This document shows positions 29,241 to 44,600 of a stretch of 64,000 bases of DNA, piece after piece. The DNA lies in the NCBI GenBank assembly GCA_040954595.2, contig CM082581.2, positions 8,541,413-8,605,412 on the forward strand, in the 5' to 3' direction. Made by a program: the position numbers and the translations under genes. A model generated the notes under the pieces. It worked only from the letters and a program-made list of their open reading frames with translations, had not been told where the DNA came from and made no database searches. Position 1 is the stretch's first letter, and each line of letters begins with the position of its first letter. This DNA is from Balanoglossus misakiensis (lineage: Eukaryota; Animalia; Hemichordata).

Positions 29241-30768
29241 GTAAGGGAATGTTATTTTATTGCATATTTGTAAAACGATAATATCGCACCTGCACCGGGC
29301 GCCTGCTCAACGTCCAGAGAACTTATGGAAGAAAATAACATCGTTTGCCTACAACTCCAGCCTCCCCCAGAAACATTGGTGATAAAATGTCTGTTCGTAA
29401 TTCACAGCTGAACCATAAAAACGAAGGGCCCGGCTGTCACTAGTCGAAGTTAATAACCTGTTTGCTTTGTTTGCTTGTTCACTTTTCACGCTTCTTTGAA
29501 GAAGTGTGTAACTCGGGCACAACGAGTCGTGAAACAGTCCGTTCATAATGCTGCTTCTGTGACCTGTAAACAACGGACGGCGAAACAAATTACGCGTGAA
29601 TATTTTACGCACCGTACGGCAAGTGTGTCGCCGCGTTCATTTTGGCTTGAGCCACGGTGTATAGCCGCGGGTTGTATAATTTATTTTGATTGTTCGTCTC
29701 ACAAACGGCGACAGACACACACCCTGGGCATTGCCAGCATGAACCATGCTTTTTGCAGGGCGGTCGTCCTCGCATACGCGTAACGGTTAGTGTCCCCTGT
29801 CCCCGATCACGCAATGTTTCGAAACCAATGTTCGCACACAATGTTATGCTAAACAATGCGTAAAAGATTGAACAGACGATGCATGTCTTTCCAGGAAATA
29901 TCTAAAAAATGTGACCATGCATAACAGGCTCGAGTCAGAATATTTCGTGTCAAACGACAGAGAACAGAGGCGCAAAAAAAAATAATTTGCTCGCAATCCA
30001 TCGACAGTTCTCAAACATTTATCATACATTAATACCGTAAACATGAAAGCTTTGTCTTTGGTAGCACATGGCTCGGTTCGCTACCTCTGTATACCTAATT
30101 ACCTAATTAACATAACGCGTGATTAATTACTGTGATATTACCATTTCTCGATCCATATAATTTACGCACCCTCGTGAACGAATGAATGCGCAGATGAAGG
30201 CAACGTATTCAAATATTCCGTCGGTCCCTGGTCAGACAATTACCAGGTAGTTACTTTCTAATGAAATAAAACACTTGATATGGAGAATTCAGTAATTCCT
30301 CTGCACAGATAGGCAAATGATATCGCGGGGAGTAGTTTTTTACTGAGTAGTTTTGAATAATTGACTATCCGTTCACACTATGTGACCTTTAAACTTAATC
30401 TAGGTATGCGCGAAGTGAGTTTAATTTTGCCGTGCAAGACAATTTAATTTTGAAAAGAAAATTAACAATTTGCATTCATTTCATACTCGCTAATATGACT
30501 GATTAAACTCTCTACTTTCCTTCAAAGTGCAACAACCCAACCAACTTGAAACCGAAGTGGCGGCGTATCATTTTTGCACAAAAGTCACAGGATTTGGACT
30601 AATAGCTTGCAAATTGTTACCACTGAATTTTTATAGTAAAATATTTACACTAATTCCCCCGTTACGTGTCGACACAATCGCCAGTTTTAATCGTCGAATT
30701 TAAATGCACCATTTTCGAAAACATGCCCGTGTTTCCTTTAAACTAAGATTGGTGTGTGTTAGTGGCTT

Positions 30769-30979
<211 letters not shown>

Positions 30980-32656
30980 GCTTCCATGCACATCGAGCTT
31001 AATACCGTCGCATAGTGTTTTACGACACTCTTCCACCGTACTAGTTGCATTCCGATGCCCAGTTATGCAGCTCTCCACAATAAACATTAGATGAAATGCT
31101 AAATTCGCATTCGCCGGAGCACACAGTCCCCGTTATTCATGAATTCTTGAATACTCCAGTTGACGGTTCACGCGCGAGTTAATCTGTATGACACTGGCAG
31201 CGCTTTTAATAGCACGCGTTATGTTTTTAAAAAAATAATTACAAAGTTCCAGACGATGTATCAACGCAAATTTATTGGAGCACACACACGAAACTTGAGT
31301 ATAAGCCGACCTCGTTGTATACTTTATGCACGGTTCTTCTTCTTGTCCGCCTGCGAAGTGTTAAGCTTGACGTTTTTCAGACGCTAATCTGACGATTTAT
31401 CATGATTGAAAACCACCCATGCTGCAGAGATGTTGAAACCCAATACAATAGCACCATCCGTTTTGGTTTAAGTCGCTTTGTTTGGAATCTGTACTCAGAC
31501 AATGAGACCTAAAATCGTTTGTATGATTAAATAGAAGAAATAGGACGTTCGATTTCATGTTATTGAAGAGAACTTAGTCGCTGAAATTGCGTAATGTGGC
31601 CCTTCGCGGACTTCTAATATAATACATGCAGTGGGAAAAATGCACGTCTTTTTCATGTGGAATGTATATAACACAATGGGATTCTCGTAAGCGTGTCTCC
31701 TTGTAGTTGACGTCATCTTCAGGACAAAAACACCGCAAATACTATAGACAAGTGTTGGATTCTTACTTTCGATTGGCTAAAACTAATGAAAAGGAAAGGT
31801 AATATAGGCAAGTTTCAGATACAATGAACGGAAACAAGCTGCTGCCATAATTAAGCAGCAAAACTCTGGCCGTGACCGTATGGGGCGATACTCCCCTAAT
31901 TATGTAACTGAGATCAGCAGAAAATTCACGTCATCGTGCGGCTATATAACGAGTTTAATTGATGGAGTCATTGTCTCCCGAATGTATGAGTGAAACAGTA
32001 TTCCGGGTTTTTCTCCCACCACACCAGGGCAAATCAATTCCAGGCGACGACTGCCAGGAAATCGAATCATTTCCCATCAATCGAATCAAGCTCTCCCGCC
32101 GGAAATTCTGAGCACTTTCACTCAAGGTGCTTAGGGGACAATCAAACTTCCTTCGCTTGTCCCACCAAACGCGGTCATGATTATTTATGCTTGAGTTTTC
32201 CCGCTATTAGAGGATATATTTGTGTTCACCTGTAGTTGCAAACATGGCCGTGCGTGTTAACATGGCCGTACATGTACGTGTTGATCAGTGAAATGACCAC
32301 TGTTTTATAGTCTTAATGAAATCAACTATTCCACCCCATTACCGGAAGCGTTGGTTCGTGCGTTGATTGAATACAGAATCTGGCTCCACCGTCGTTGGAT
32401 GAGAAAAGGATATTGATTTTTTGAATGGCTATGACAAAGGAAATGTAAGAAATTTACATATTAACCAGATGACACGTTGTGGTCACCCCAGGTGTTGATA
32501 ACCTCCTGGGCATACAATTTGTAGGCGCAAGAACATGGATTTTCAAAACAGTTTACGGTTGACTGTTTTTTATTTTTCGCACAGCTTGACATACACGCCC
32601 AAGTACAAATGCATTTCTATTAATCTAATCGGGTAACACCCTGACCTGTCTTTCAG

Positions 32657-35600
32657 GAACATCGCGAGTAAAAACGCGAAAGAAAGCAAGGATAAAGAGA
32701 ACCACATTCCGACCAGCAAGTCGGGACCCATCACGCCCCTCAAAGAGGCGGACAATCTGAAGTCCTCAACGACGAAGACGGGGAGCGGTGCACAGTCCGC
32801 TCCGACCACGCCCATCGAACCCATGGTGGATGAAATCGGCCGCGCGGAGATGAACGCTATCAACAACGTGGGGGACAAGGACGCTGCCCGGGCCGCGCCC
32901 GACAGCATCGGCAAGAACGTGGAAGCGCTGATGACGCCGGCGCTGGTGATCGACATCGACAAAGTCAAAGCCAACGCGCAGGCCATGCTGAAGCGAGCCG
33001 AGGAGTACGGCGTCCAGCTCCGGCCGCACATGAAGGCACACAAAACGCTGTGAGTATCAGAATAATTACAGTCACATTATATGGGTACTTCAAAGTAATG
33101 CCGTAAAAGACATATCACCTGAAATTGGATTTTGGTCTGAACAAAGTCTGCTAGTGTACTTACTGTCATGCAAAGGATTGTATTCCTGACAGGGCGGATT
33201 TCACAAATTAAAAATGCAGCGTGTCCAGTTTGAATATACAATTCGATAATAGACAGTGGCAAATTACGGTGACGTCACTGGTTCGAGTTTACATCACATA
33301 TTTTTGCAGGTCGCCCTGGAAACAGATAACCTAAAGCAAACTCCAGAACAAACGTTAACTTGATTGATGGCCATGAATTTTCAAATTTACCATGCCAGGC
33401 AATTACTAAAACATACTGTGACGGAATTTCAATTTTACAAAAAAAAACTTGTGTAAGTGAAATTTGAATTCCATAGTTAGGGAGGAACCATAAATGTAGA
33501 CTCAATTTTTCGACCCTACGGTAACTGAAAATATCTAGATCACCCAGGATTTGCACATAATTAACTAGGACTCGAAGTCAGGACTTTTGCGTTACCGCAC
33601 CATGTCAGGTAGCAAACAGGTTCGCACACGAAACCAGTGAACACTTCGAAATACCGCATCCTGGTTGTATTGTGTTCGCCTCAATGTGCATCAAAGCCTG
33701 AGTAATTTGAAATTAATTAAACACAAAGGAGGGGTCGTATTATGGCAGAGGTTTGCTTGTTTTCGCGATCATGTCATTTGTGCTAAGCTGATTAAGTGAA
33801 ATGTGAGCAGAAACGAAACCGAGAGTGTATTTCCGGCTGCAGCACCGGCGGAGTCCGCGCCTGCGCGAGAAGAAACGAGAGTTTAATGGCCTCTCTGTGC
33901 AGGCGCAGGCGCGGACGTGATCCAGTTGAACACATATTGGCCAAATGAAAAAGCAATTTTCGTAAACAAGGAGAGTGGGAAGGGGCAAAAATGTCACCCG
34001 AATGATAATCTTGCCGGCGAAACAACGCCGTTTCAGAAGAAATTGCATAATTGCTTTATCAGATACCATAAAAGAGACTAATGTGTTCAAGACTCGACTA
34101 CAAAGCAACGACGCGTGGCGACAGTCTGGAAGTACTGTAGGAGTGACGTCTAACAGACTTCATCTATATATATACCCTTGAGGCGTCCATTTCTTGTTCA
34201 TTCTGTCAAAATTCTGTATCGATGTGACATGGATATTTCTCCATCTCAATATTAATCAATGCTAGTATATTTATTAAGAAAAAAAAACTCTCGATAACAT
34301 TTATTAATAATTTCGATTTTTCACCAAGACGGTAGAAAACCACAAGCATTTCACACATTTAATGACCATCGCTTGTTTGAATGGACGTGAGCACTTGACT
34401 GCTGGCGTACGCAGCACGGTCAAGTGGAGAGGGTGGAGGGGGGGGGGGGGAGCTGTCGCTGGAGGGCAACTTCATGGCAGCTTTATCCAACCGCAAGTAA
34501 TCAATATCAATGGTATGCTAAATATCGCTGACAACATGTTTTGGTCAGAAAGTAACGAGTCAATTCGTGATTAAAATGCACCAAGTATGTGAGAGATTTA
34601 ATATCATTTAGGTTACTGTCGTCCGGAATATCTTGTTTACTGAGCACAATTACGTGCTGAAAATTTAGAGATACGGGCAAGATAATGTTTTGCATGTGAA
34701 GGCGTATAGAATGGGGGAGGATTCCATGTTCTGGATATTTTTCAAGCTCCAATCTCTTGTGGCGCATGTGGTTAACATGCAGGCCTACAATGTAGGTATG
34801 GCTTTCGGAGAATACCTAAAGATAGATTTTGAGTCATAATATTTTCCTCAGAGGGACTACAGTTTAAACATACCATGAATAACTTTCAGAATTGGTATTC
34901 GGAATCTGGTTAACGTTGAAATGGACGTAGCGAGTATAAAATGATTTACTAATGAGGAAGAGTCCTGTTCACAAAAATTAGAAAAAAAGATAAACAGAAT
35001 GGTAGGATCAGACTGACAAAATAACTTCATTTGCCACCATATGCGCGCAAGAATGCATCAGATATAAATAGGCATATTGTTGGAGACACCTCGTTTCTGT
35101 TTTCCACTTGCAAGTCTTTTCATCACCAGTGCGGAAGGCCACGTTTCTTCGGTTTTAAGTGCCAAGAGATTTATTCGCTGTGACATCATCACGTTTTCCA
35201 GACCAACTTTTAAGATTAACCCGGATTGATAAATCTTCTGCGTTGTGGCGCGAAGCATGTTCGCGGAAATTTAGCGCACATTGCAACAGCTCCGTGTGCG
35301 ATCTATGAATGCCGAGTAAGCGATAAAACCTTGTGAACTGTGTAATCGCATTCGTTTTCAATGCTGAAACCTCCTGACTGCTACTGGTCAAAGATGGTGG
35401 TTGTGAGGTGAGGCTAGAATAGGTGTAAGCCCGCGCAAGGGCGTTGTGAAAAACGAATATAACGAAGGTGACGCCTTTTGAGAACGATGCAGTTTCAATT
35501 GCAATCATTTTACGCCACACGTGGGAAAAGTTCGCAACCTGCATAGCTGTTTATTTGGACGAAAGTTGGGGCAGCACCGTGTTTACACTCTACGTGCGTG

Positions 35601-38600
35601 GTGGTTGTGAAAATACGGACGACAACTGAATCTCAAGTATTCCACCGATTTCGCTTGTCACCGCGGAGAGAAAAAGATGAAAGTCTCAAACGTGATATCC
35701 ATGGCCACGCGCCACACTCTTAACGCCGATTCCGTGACTGCGGGTCTCGCCGTCAGTTCGATTAGACTTTTGTATCTTTGTCGGGGAGTGTTTTTTATTG
35801 CGATAAGCTCGCATAGTTGTCGTCTGCTCCAGCGCAATTACTGTAACATCGGCACCCGAATGCGATAACCCGGGATTTAGACAGGAATCAGAAAAGTATG
35901 CAAGCAACCGCACTCCTCCGTTAGTTACCCAATATCCGGTTCTCCTAGCCGTTGAAATGGGAGTTAATTCGATGATTGATGGACGCAATTTGATACATAA
36001 AATAAGATATTTATTAGAAGGGAAATTTCGACTGGTAGTTTGTAACGTTATCAATAATAATCCTTCAGTTCCGCGTAGCCCCTGTGTGTGTCATTACCTA
36101 TGGAGTTGACACAGGGAACTCCAAGGTGTAAATCCTGTTTTCATTTTGGTTTGATATTCATAATGGTTTCGCAAGACATCAATGAAAATGCATTGGAAAG
36201 ATTTTAGGGTCTTTCCTTAAAATGCGTCATCGATACGTGATCTACCTCAAGCAAATAGCGCATTAATCGACGTATCATTTCTCGCTGCTTAGTTATTTGA
36301 GAAAAAAAATCAAATCGACTCGGGATTAATATAGTGACGTGTTTACACAAAATATGATCAAATGCCAGCCACGGGGTTACGCTTTGCAAGAAAAAAATAA
36401 TGAATTTATTGACCGCTGTCGTGTAATGTATTCACATGTTCTATGTCGATGGCTTGTGGTGGCACTGGAGGTAGTAGTATATGGGTCTTTGACAGTTTCG
36501 AGTTACTACCAAGCTTTGTGTCGTGTCTGTTATTACATTTGACCCGAGGAGGAAAAAAATCAAACGTCGCCCCATTCGTGCCCGCACACAGGCTTGTATT
36601 AATATAAACGTCGCCTATAGGTTGTATTATATTAGTAACCATTTTGATGAATGACAAGAAAATTCGTCCCGTGGGTATTAGCCATGCCTCATAACTAGTG
36701 ATACGAATCCCTGTGTTATATATGACGCACAGGCTAAGAGCCAGACAAAAACCGTCATTGGCGGTTCAGGATGCGTCTTTATATATCAGACAGTGCACGG
36801 CACCTGTGTCGCGTCGTCGCTCATCGCGAGACTCACTCAAAGAAAAATATCCGTTCAAGTGGTTTAAATTACAATCTGCAATCAGCAAGACAGGTGGCAC
36901 TTCGCTGTGTTTTGGACTTCCGCTCAAAAGCTATGCGTTTGTTCTCGACAGGTAGTCGTTTGTTCAAATGCTTGTCAGAGCAATGTATTGTAACCATGGC
37001 GACCTGGAGGCTGTTAATGCGGCCAGTTTTAGACACACGGAAAATGAACGACGTGCGTTTTGAAAAGATCCTGCCATGGAGTCTTTTCAGATCCGCCTAA
37101 TTAATGAGCAAACTAATCGGACTTGTGCCTCTGTTCTGTGTCCTCGTAAAACCTGTTGAGATACGCAGACGTTTCTATAGCAGTGACACTCGTCGTGGAA
37201 GACTCTTCCATAAAAAAAACACATCAGCCGTGTCGGCTGTCGAGCCATCAAAAGCAATTTCACTTGATGATGCAGATATTCATCAATATTGGAGCCGAGG
37301 GGTTTTCGGCTCGGGTGCAAGCGATTCCACGCGAATGACTGCGCACGCTCGTCAGCAATGCACGCGCAAGCAAAGCGGGGTAACTTTTGGCCTATACATG
37401 TACGTGCTCATAGAGCTACAGTACCAGTTTGTATCTGTGTGTGTCACAGACGGCTGCTATGCAATCTGTAGAGTCAAAGTACATCTGGAAAGTAAAAACA
37501 CATACATCATGTGATCTACGCTAACATTTGCGTGGGCCTAGCAGCTTCAAACACGTTCCACATCTTTAAAAAAGACTATAATGATTTATTTCCTTAGTTA
37601 TAAAATTGACGTAATAACCAATAAAACCGAGGGCTTATTGTAATTACAACTTGAACAAATGCAAGAAACCCACAGTGTAAATTTATCCGAAGTGCCGCGG
37701 CTCGTCTGTATTAATAATTCTTGTTTGTTTATTGGCACTTTGTTTCCCACCAGGCGCGATACAATATTTCAAAAAGTCAGATGGCGAAAAGTGACAGCTT
37801 GAATAAAAATATAAATCGCTCGGCAAACAAAAAGGGTGACGTTTTTACCGCGGGAGTTCTCGTTCTTCACGCGACGCGAGTGTGATTCATTGTTCACACT
37901 TCATGCACTATGAGGTACCTTCAACCGTCAGCATACACGCTTAGGTAATAACGAGTCCATTATCCTCCCATTGCGCCACTCCACAACCTTCAATGGTCTT
38001 GTCAAGGTTCCCTCGATTATATGTTTTCTAATAATGGTTTACATTAAAGCAGTCGTTCCACCCTTATCGTATAATAGAAAATCAATATTTCATACAGAAT
38101 ATCCGAGTCGATAAAGGAGTTTTTACTCCATACTAGGTGGTCAACCCACATCATCATAATTGCACTGTGGGTAAAAAGTCGACAACTTAATGTAGTAAGA
38201 GTTTTGGAGGAAATGATAAGTGAACTGTATTTCGTGACTTCCAGTCCATGTCACTGTATACTAGAATACAGAACTTGTTCGGCTTAATTCTCATTTTTAA
38301 AAATATTTTCTGCTGCTGCAGCCTGAGTATGACCCAGCATTACTTTAGTTTATTAACTTTCCATGATGAATTCGCAATCTGGGCGTTTAAACCTCAATCT
38401 GTGACAGACTCAGACAACGGCGGCCGGATATCAAAACATGAAAAATTGCCTCCGAGGTGCCAGTTGTGGGATTGGCGTCCCAGTATTTTGAAAGATCATG
38501 GATATTTGATGACCAGAAAGCACAGCAGCAAAATGCTATCATTTTTAGTATAGCGAGATAAATAAAACCAAGCCCATTGAGACATCCCTAAGCATAGACA

Positions 38601-41600
38601 GCTCTATCTCATTCATAGAGACAGCCATCGTTTTCATTTTTTCCTGAATGAGGTCCCATAAAACATTCCAATCACATTGAATAAAACTGTGTATTTAAAT
38701 TGCTCACCGGATTCTATTCAGAAGCTGTACCACCATAATACATGAATGAAGGTTAAATTTGTATAATATTCTAATTAATAATACCAGTTACTATAGTAAT
38801 GATTGGCATTGAATAATTCTCCGGCCTCCAACACAAATCAGTGCCGAGTATTCCTCACTATACTCGTTTCGGCTAACCGGTTTCTCGGCGCGAAGTGCAG
38901 TCACAATAAATTGTTGTTTGCAAGCTTTGTGCGGGGCATTTAGTTTCGCGTGATGATATACAGGGACTCTCTAGCCTAAGTAAAGCCATCATTCTCAGTA
39001 AAGCTAATATATGTTTAAAAGAAGTGGTACAAGCAGAGACCTGGCGATAAATTCTTTACGCTTTTGCTAAAACTACTCGACTGATTTGTGAAAGCCGTGT
39101 GTACGAACTCGACACGCGCTCTGTTGCCATTGACTCATGGGGTTGGCATTTTCAGTATTTTGAATAACTTCATTGCCTTAATAATCAAAGACGAGGTGCA
39201 ACCTTACGTAATATGCGATATCACAGAAATTAAATCAAAGATATGAAAATTGCATTGGACTATTGGCACATAATTCGTTATACCATCACTCCCAATGTTT
39301 CAAGCTATCATCTAATCCAGGAGATCCGCGTCCCAAGCTATTATCCGCGCCAGAAGATGTGGTTGCCCGGTGACCTCACAAATTCAGGGTGTAAAAATAG
39401 GACGAAAGGATTATGATTGATCGGGGCAGCTGCGAAGGATGATGTGGCCACACGTTTTGCCAGCGGCTGATGGATAGAGCTTCAAAGACAATAGGATCAC
39501 AGGTTTTTCACTGCCCGGAAAATCACTCAAAACTGCGTGTATAATGTATAGGGGTAATAAAAGACCGACTTCTGCAAAAAGGAAGCGTCTAAATTGATGT
39601 GTAAATTCTCATCCCAGCTTGGATGAGCTTTTACCGCCAAAGCCGAAGCCGAGGATGGGGCAAATGACACGATAGAAACAATCGCAAACACGTGATTAAA
39701 CCCCTGGACACGCTGTAAAATCTTCTCACCTGTCGTTCCCATGTTATGGTAATCTTCGCAACATATTTGAATCCCACGATTCCCACAACAAACCGACCAA
39801 CGGATCGATCGATCGATCGATCATTCAAACAATCGATTATTCATTCATACATTCATTCGCTCATAACTGACTGAACGGTATCTAATTAACTGGCACATTA
39901 AACATGTTACGCAACCGTCGGACACATATTTTTTAGAATACGTAGCAGAGACCCAATGAAACCTTGTCAAGTTGAGTTACAATACTAAACCTGTTTTAGC
40001 CTGACATACTGTATTCTCTTGCAGAAGCAGTCTTAGATGGCGTCCGGTGTTTACAGTCCCGGATGTTGCTATATAACCTTCACTTTCACCTGCCTTTTGA
40101 TATGACCCCTCTGAACTAGAGTAAACATACATGTACATGTATTCTTTTAAGCCTACACCTATCAGTAACAGAAACGATTCCATTAACCCTTGACTTCTTC
40201 ATGGTCATATATTCTTACAGAGAGGGTGCAAATATCATGACTGGAGGAAAGAAAAAATGCATCGCCGTGTCAACGCTAGCGGAGGCTAAATTCTACGTGG
40301 ATGCTGGTTACGACGATATCCTCTACGCCGGCTATTTAGACAAGGACAAACTTGAAATATGCGCAGAAATAGCAGAAGAAATCAAAAGTTTCCACGTCTT
40401 GCTGGACAGTTATTACGTCATCGAGCTTTTGAGAGACAGACCGTTGAATGATGGGAAATGTTGGTCAGTCTATATCAATGTGGAATGTCGCTATAACGGA
40501 AGTAAGTTACCATATTAACCATTATACATACATTTTGTACATGTACATATACATGTAGATACATACATGTAGATACATGTACATACAGATCATTACGTGA
40601 TCATACTAATAACCTCGCTCCATATATATTGTTTTGCAACATTAAAGTACTTGTAACTTGGTATATAGTCATCTACACTTCGTGCGTCATGATAACCCGC
40701 GGAAACGATACCCTTTCTCGTTTACAAGGGCGTTGCCTGAAAGCTATCTTTGGTAATAACGTGTGAACTTCAATTTGACAAGTACATACATTGTATACTG
40801 TGCCATACAGTGCATTACGATAGGGGTCGTTGATCGTTGATATCCCTACAGAATTGGGTCAGTCGTTCTAGGCCAATCAGGAAACAATTCTGAAACGGAA
40901 AAATGCTCATCCAGGAAGCTTCTTCCCATTATGTTGGCGGTGTATTTGCTACGAAAGGGAAATTTGTTTTGTTGTTTCCCCTCAATGAAAAGCTCTGCCA
41001 TTTCTCTACAAGCAGATTATGACTGGTGCCCTGACAACCGAGATTCGGTAACCTACTAAGCTTGTCATATCAAACCGAAACACGAATTCATTGCCACTTG
41101 ATGTCATAAAATCCTCTGATTGAAATGCGCTGCGTCCATAAGACAAAAATCTCTATATCTATGCCCCCTCCCCCCAAAATGGTAAAATATGATTGTTGTC
41201 AGTCGATTAATATTCACTGGATGGCGCCAAACCTTGTGCCATCTGGTTATAATTCGAAGTGCCTGAGAATTCATCACAACTATTCGCTGTCCACACGCGC
41301 TTTACAGGGATCTCTCCGTCGTTGATGTGATTCGCACGTGTTTTTGTTGACGTTGTGTAATCGATGTTGTGAGAAACGATTTCGGGGAAAGTGCAAACAG
41401 ATGTTGCCATGATTACGTGTACACACAACAGCGGCGTGTCATGCGCGCATTGCTGTCAATAGTTAATGAGATGTCAGGATGAAAATGGTTACCATAGAGA
41501 GGGAATATTGAAGGGACGGGATCAGCACATGCAACTAACGTCTGTTTCGATTACCTTTTTCTTATTTTAAAAAAGCCCGTCTTGTAAACACAAGAACATT

Positions 41601-44600
41601 ATGAAGAAATAACACTGCTTTCGAAGATAAATTAAATTATATATTTCACTGGATACTGGGTTTAGGAATTTTAAACTATTAAGTCCTACAAAACAATTCT
41701 TCCTGTCTGTATTATTTTATATGTTACACTTGTGTTGACACATGCCCAGCCTGTGTGTGTGAGTCTATATAAAACACACTGGGTATGGAGACCAGGCTAA
41801 CACATGCCTGGCCGTGTTCAGTGGCACGAAAATCGCTGATATCAGAATTAGATGGGCGCCCTATAAAACAGCAATCTGAGTATGATCCATTCGGTAATAA
41901 ATTACCACTGATGCATTGCAGATGGCACAATTTACTGTACGCTGCCCAGCAACTGGAATCATCTCATCTCGCTAACTGTCACTGTGCGTGTTGTTTTTTC
42001 CTTCTCGTTCCAGAGGGAGTGGACCCGCTCGACTACAGCGGTGTCGGCCTGGCGGTGTCTCTGACGTCAGAACCCAACCTCTTCTTCAACGGCCTATACG
42101 TGGACTGCGAGAATGCCTACAAGTGCTCCGGGTCGGAGTCGGTGCAGGCCGTCGCCGAGGAGACCGCCAACACGGTGATCAACTTCGCCCAGAAACTGAG
42201 GTACTACTATGCATACAGGTGTGTGAGAACGTGGCTTTGGTCCTCCAATTCAACCATGTCTTCAAAAAACTTTATTTTCCACTGTGCCAGAGTGTGATAG
42301 TAAATACCCATCTATCACGGAAGTACCGCCATTGAGCACTGTGCATATCATTAACTTTGTCCACGCCCTATCACGCTCGCTGCGCATCGACAGGTGACAT
42401 GTACTATCTGAACAGGTATGCACAACACGTAATGGTGTACTATTTCTCGCACAAAACCAAGAAGAGAACGAAAATTACTCCCCGAGGAGAAGTCACAGCT
42501 ACTACAACTATAATTGTCCCCAGTTTTACTACATTTTGGCTCAAATTGTTCAAATCGTTCGAAGCATTTGCTGCAATTTCTATATCAATGATATGGTTGA
42601 CTTGGAAGGTAATTGTAGTGTACGTCACGATGTATTATTTAACGTTTCAGTTTCAGTCCCGGCATGCCATCTGTTTACCTCAGACCCAGAATTAACAGCG
42701 ATATCCTTCACAAGCACCTGCCACGCATAACACACTAATTTATGACACACCTTTCAAAAATATCCGGTTTATTATTTACCTTACTCAATTCAACTTTATT
42801 TCATTCTATCACTAACCGCGGACAGGTATTACTAACGAATCTTTTATAAAGATCATATTTTATTTCAGTGTTTGTTATCCTTGAATAAGCAATGGTTTTG
42901 TCACATTTATCACAGTTTTTTAATCATCTTGCCATAAATCTTTCTTTTCTAGTTTATATTTTCCTTCACTGTTCGTTCTTTATGTTTGTGACGTAAAATA
43001 CTGCAAACCAAAGTCGCGATGACTGCATTAGTTCACGTGACTCTGACACAAACTCCCACGTACATATATATGTGTATGAAATTCGTACTGAATTCGAAGT
43101 ATTGGGAAACTACTTTATTTTCTGCTTGTCTCTGCATGGAGAGTGCATGACAAGCTTTGTCTATCGATAGGGCGAGGATAGATATCCACAGGGCACCAAG
43201 AGCTCTATGTAGCTAGATAGTTTGTTAGATGTGTGGAAACAAAAATGGCCTGGTTGTGATATTCTGCCTTTCATGTTGAACGGCACGTGTTCATGTGACA
43301 TTCCGTGCATGTTGGGACATTTTGCATTGTTCACATGCTTGCACACATAGTATAAGTGTACGACTTACTAGTATACATACTCAACTAACTACTGACTGTT
43401 TGATTGACTGACTGACTGACTGAATGGTTAATTTATTAATTTCTGAATGGCTTACTGGTATTCAGAATCATTAACTGACTGAAAGGCTTTTAATTACATT
43501 AATAATGTAATCGTCTTGCAGATTAAAATATTACGTAACCATAGGGAACATAATTACTTTATTTTATTAGGCAACGAATTCAGAGGGTATATTTCGTGAA
43601 AGGGATAAATGGCAAATTTGTGATTATTTTCCCCTAAACATTGATAACCATAGCTGTAGGTGTTGGTGTGGGGGACAGAGGAAACATTTAGAAGTCAGTG
43701 TGAAACTGATTAAAAGTATGCACGTATTATTATTATCACGTCAAATCGTAACATTTCGAAGGGGTCGGCGTGGGTGCAATAACTAATATCGTTGTATATT
43801 TGCATTCCAGTCTATTATAGAAGTCACGATCCGTGTTTTTAAGTGTGACTTTAGCTTTTAAAACACGTACTGAGGGCTGACCGGGTAGCTTGAGCGTCAT
43901 TAGTAGGGTCACGTGAAACTGAAATAAAATGTGTAAAACTAATACCGGTGTTCCGTGATCCGTCAGAAATAGTTAATTACAGCGACCGAGCACGTCCACA
44001 AATCCCCTCCCGAGGCCAGAACAAAATACTATCTAATTAGGAATTTATAGAAGCATATATCACATTGGGAATAATCATAAATGACTCTGTTTATAGATGA
44101 CATCGGAAGGTAATTTGATGGATTTCGGCTCTAATTACAGGGCTCCGTGAATCAGGTGTGATTGTAATACTGGATTTAGGTGTGACGAGGTTAAACCCAA
44201 GAAAATTGGCCAATGCCAGAGTTGCTTTTTATTACCCTGATTGCCTTGATTGGCGACCAACATGTTTTTGTCTTGATGTGGAATCGCAAGTCGAGGGGAT
44301 AGGTAGTTTTTTTGGTATTGCGTTGGTGTTGCACCTTTACCGACACACGTACTCGCAACGCTATAGATGACAAGCAATCCACAAATCATGCGTAGCAAAA
44401 TACATATTTTGTTTCCGCGAACATTTCAAAATAACAATGCCATATGTTCCAGCGTCAATGAAAAGGTACAAGACAGACGTGTTATACCAGAGATGGTGCA
44501 TAATTTTAGAAATGCAACAAGCTGCTAGCGTACATAACAATATGCGCCGGTACCGAAGACAAAATTAGAAATATCATTACGTTTTCCTGGTTTTAGTGCG

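Noticed and set aside
32570-33043. 157-aa antisense ORF over the DSD-like exon (similar antisense ORFs overlap the GPCR)
   Set aside because: Expected shadow ORFs of GC3-rich coding sequence.
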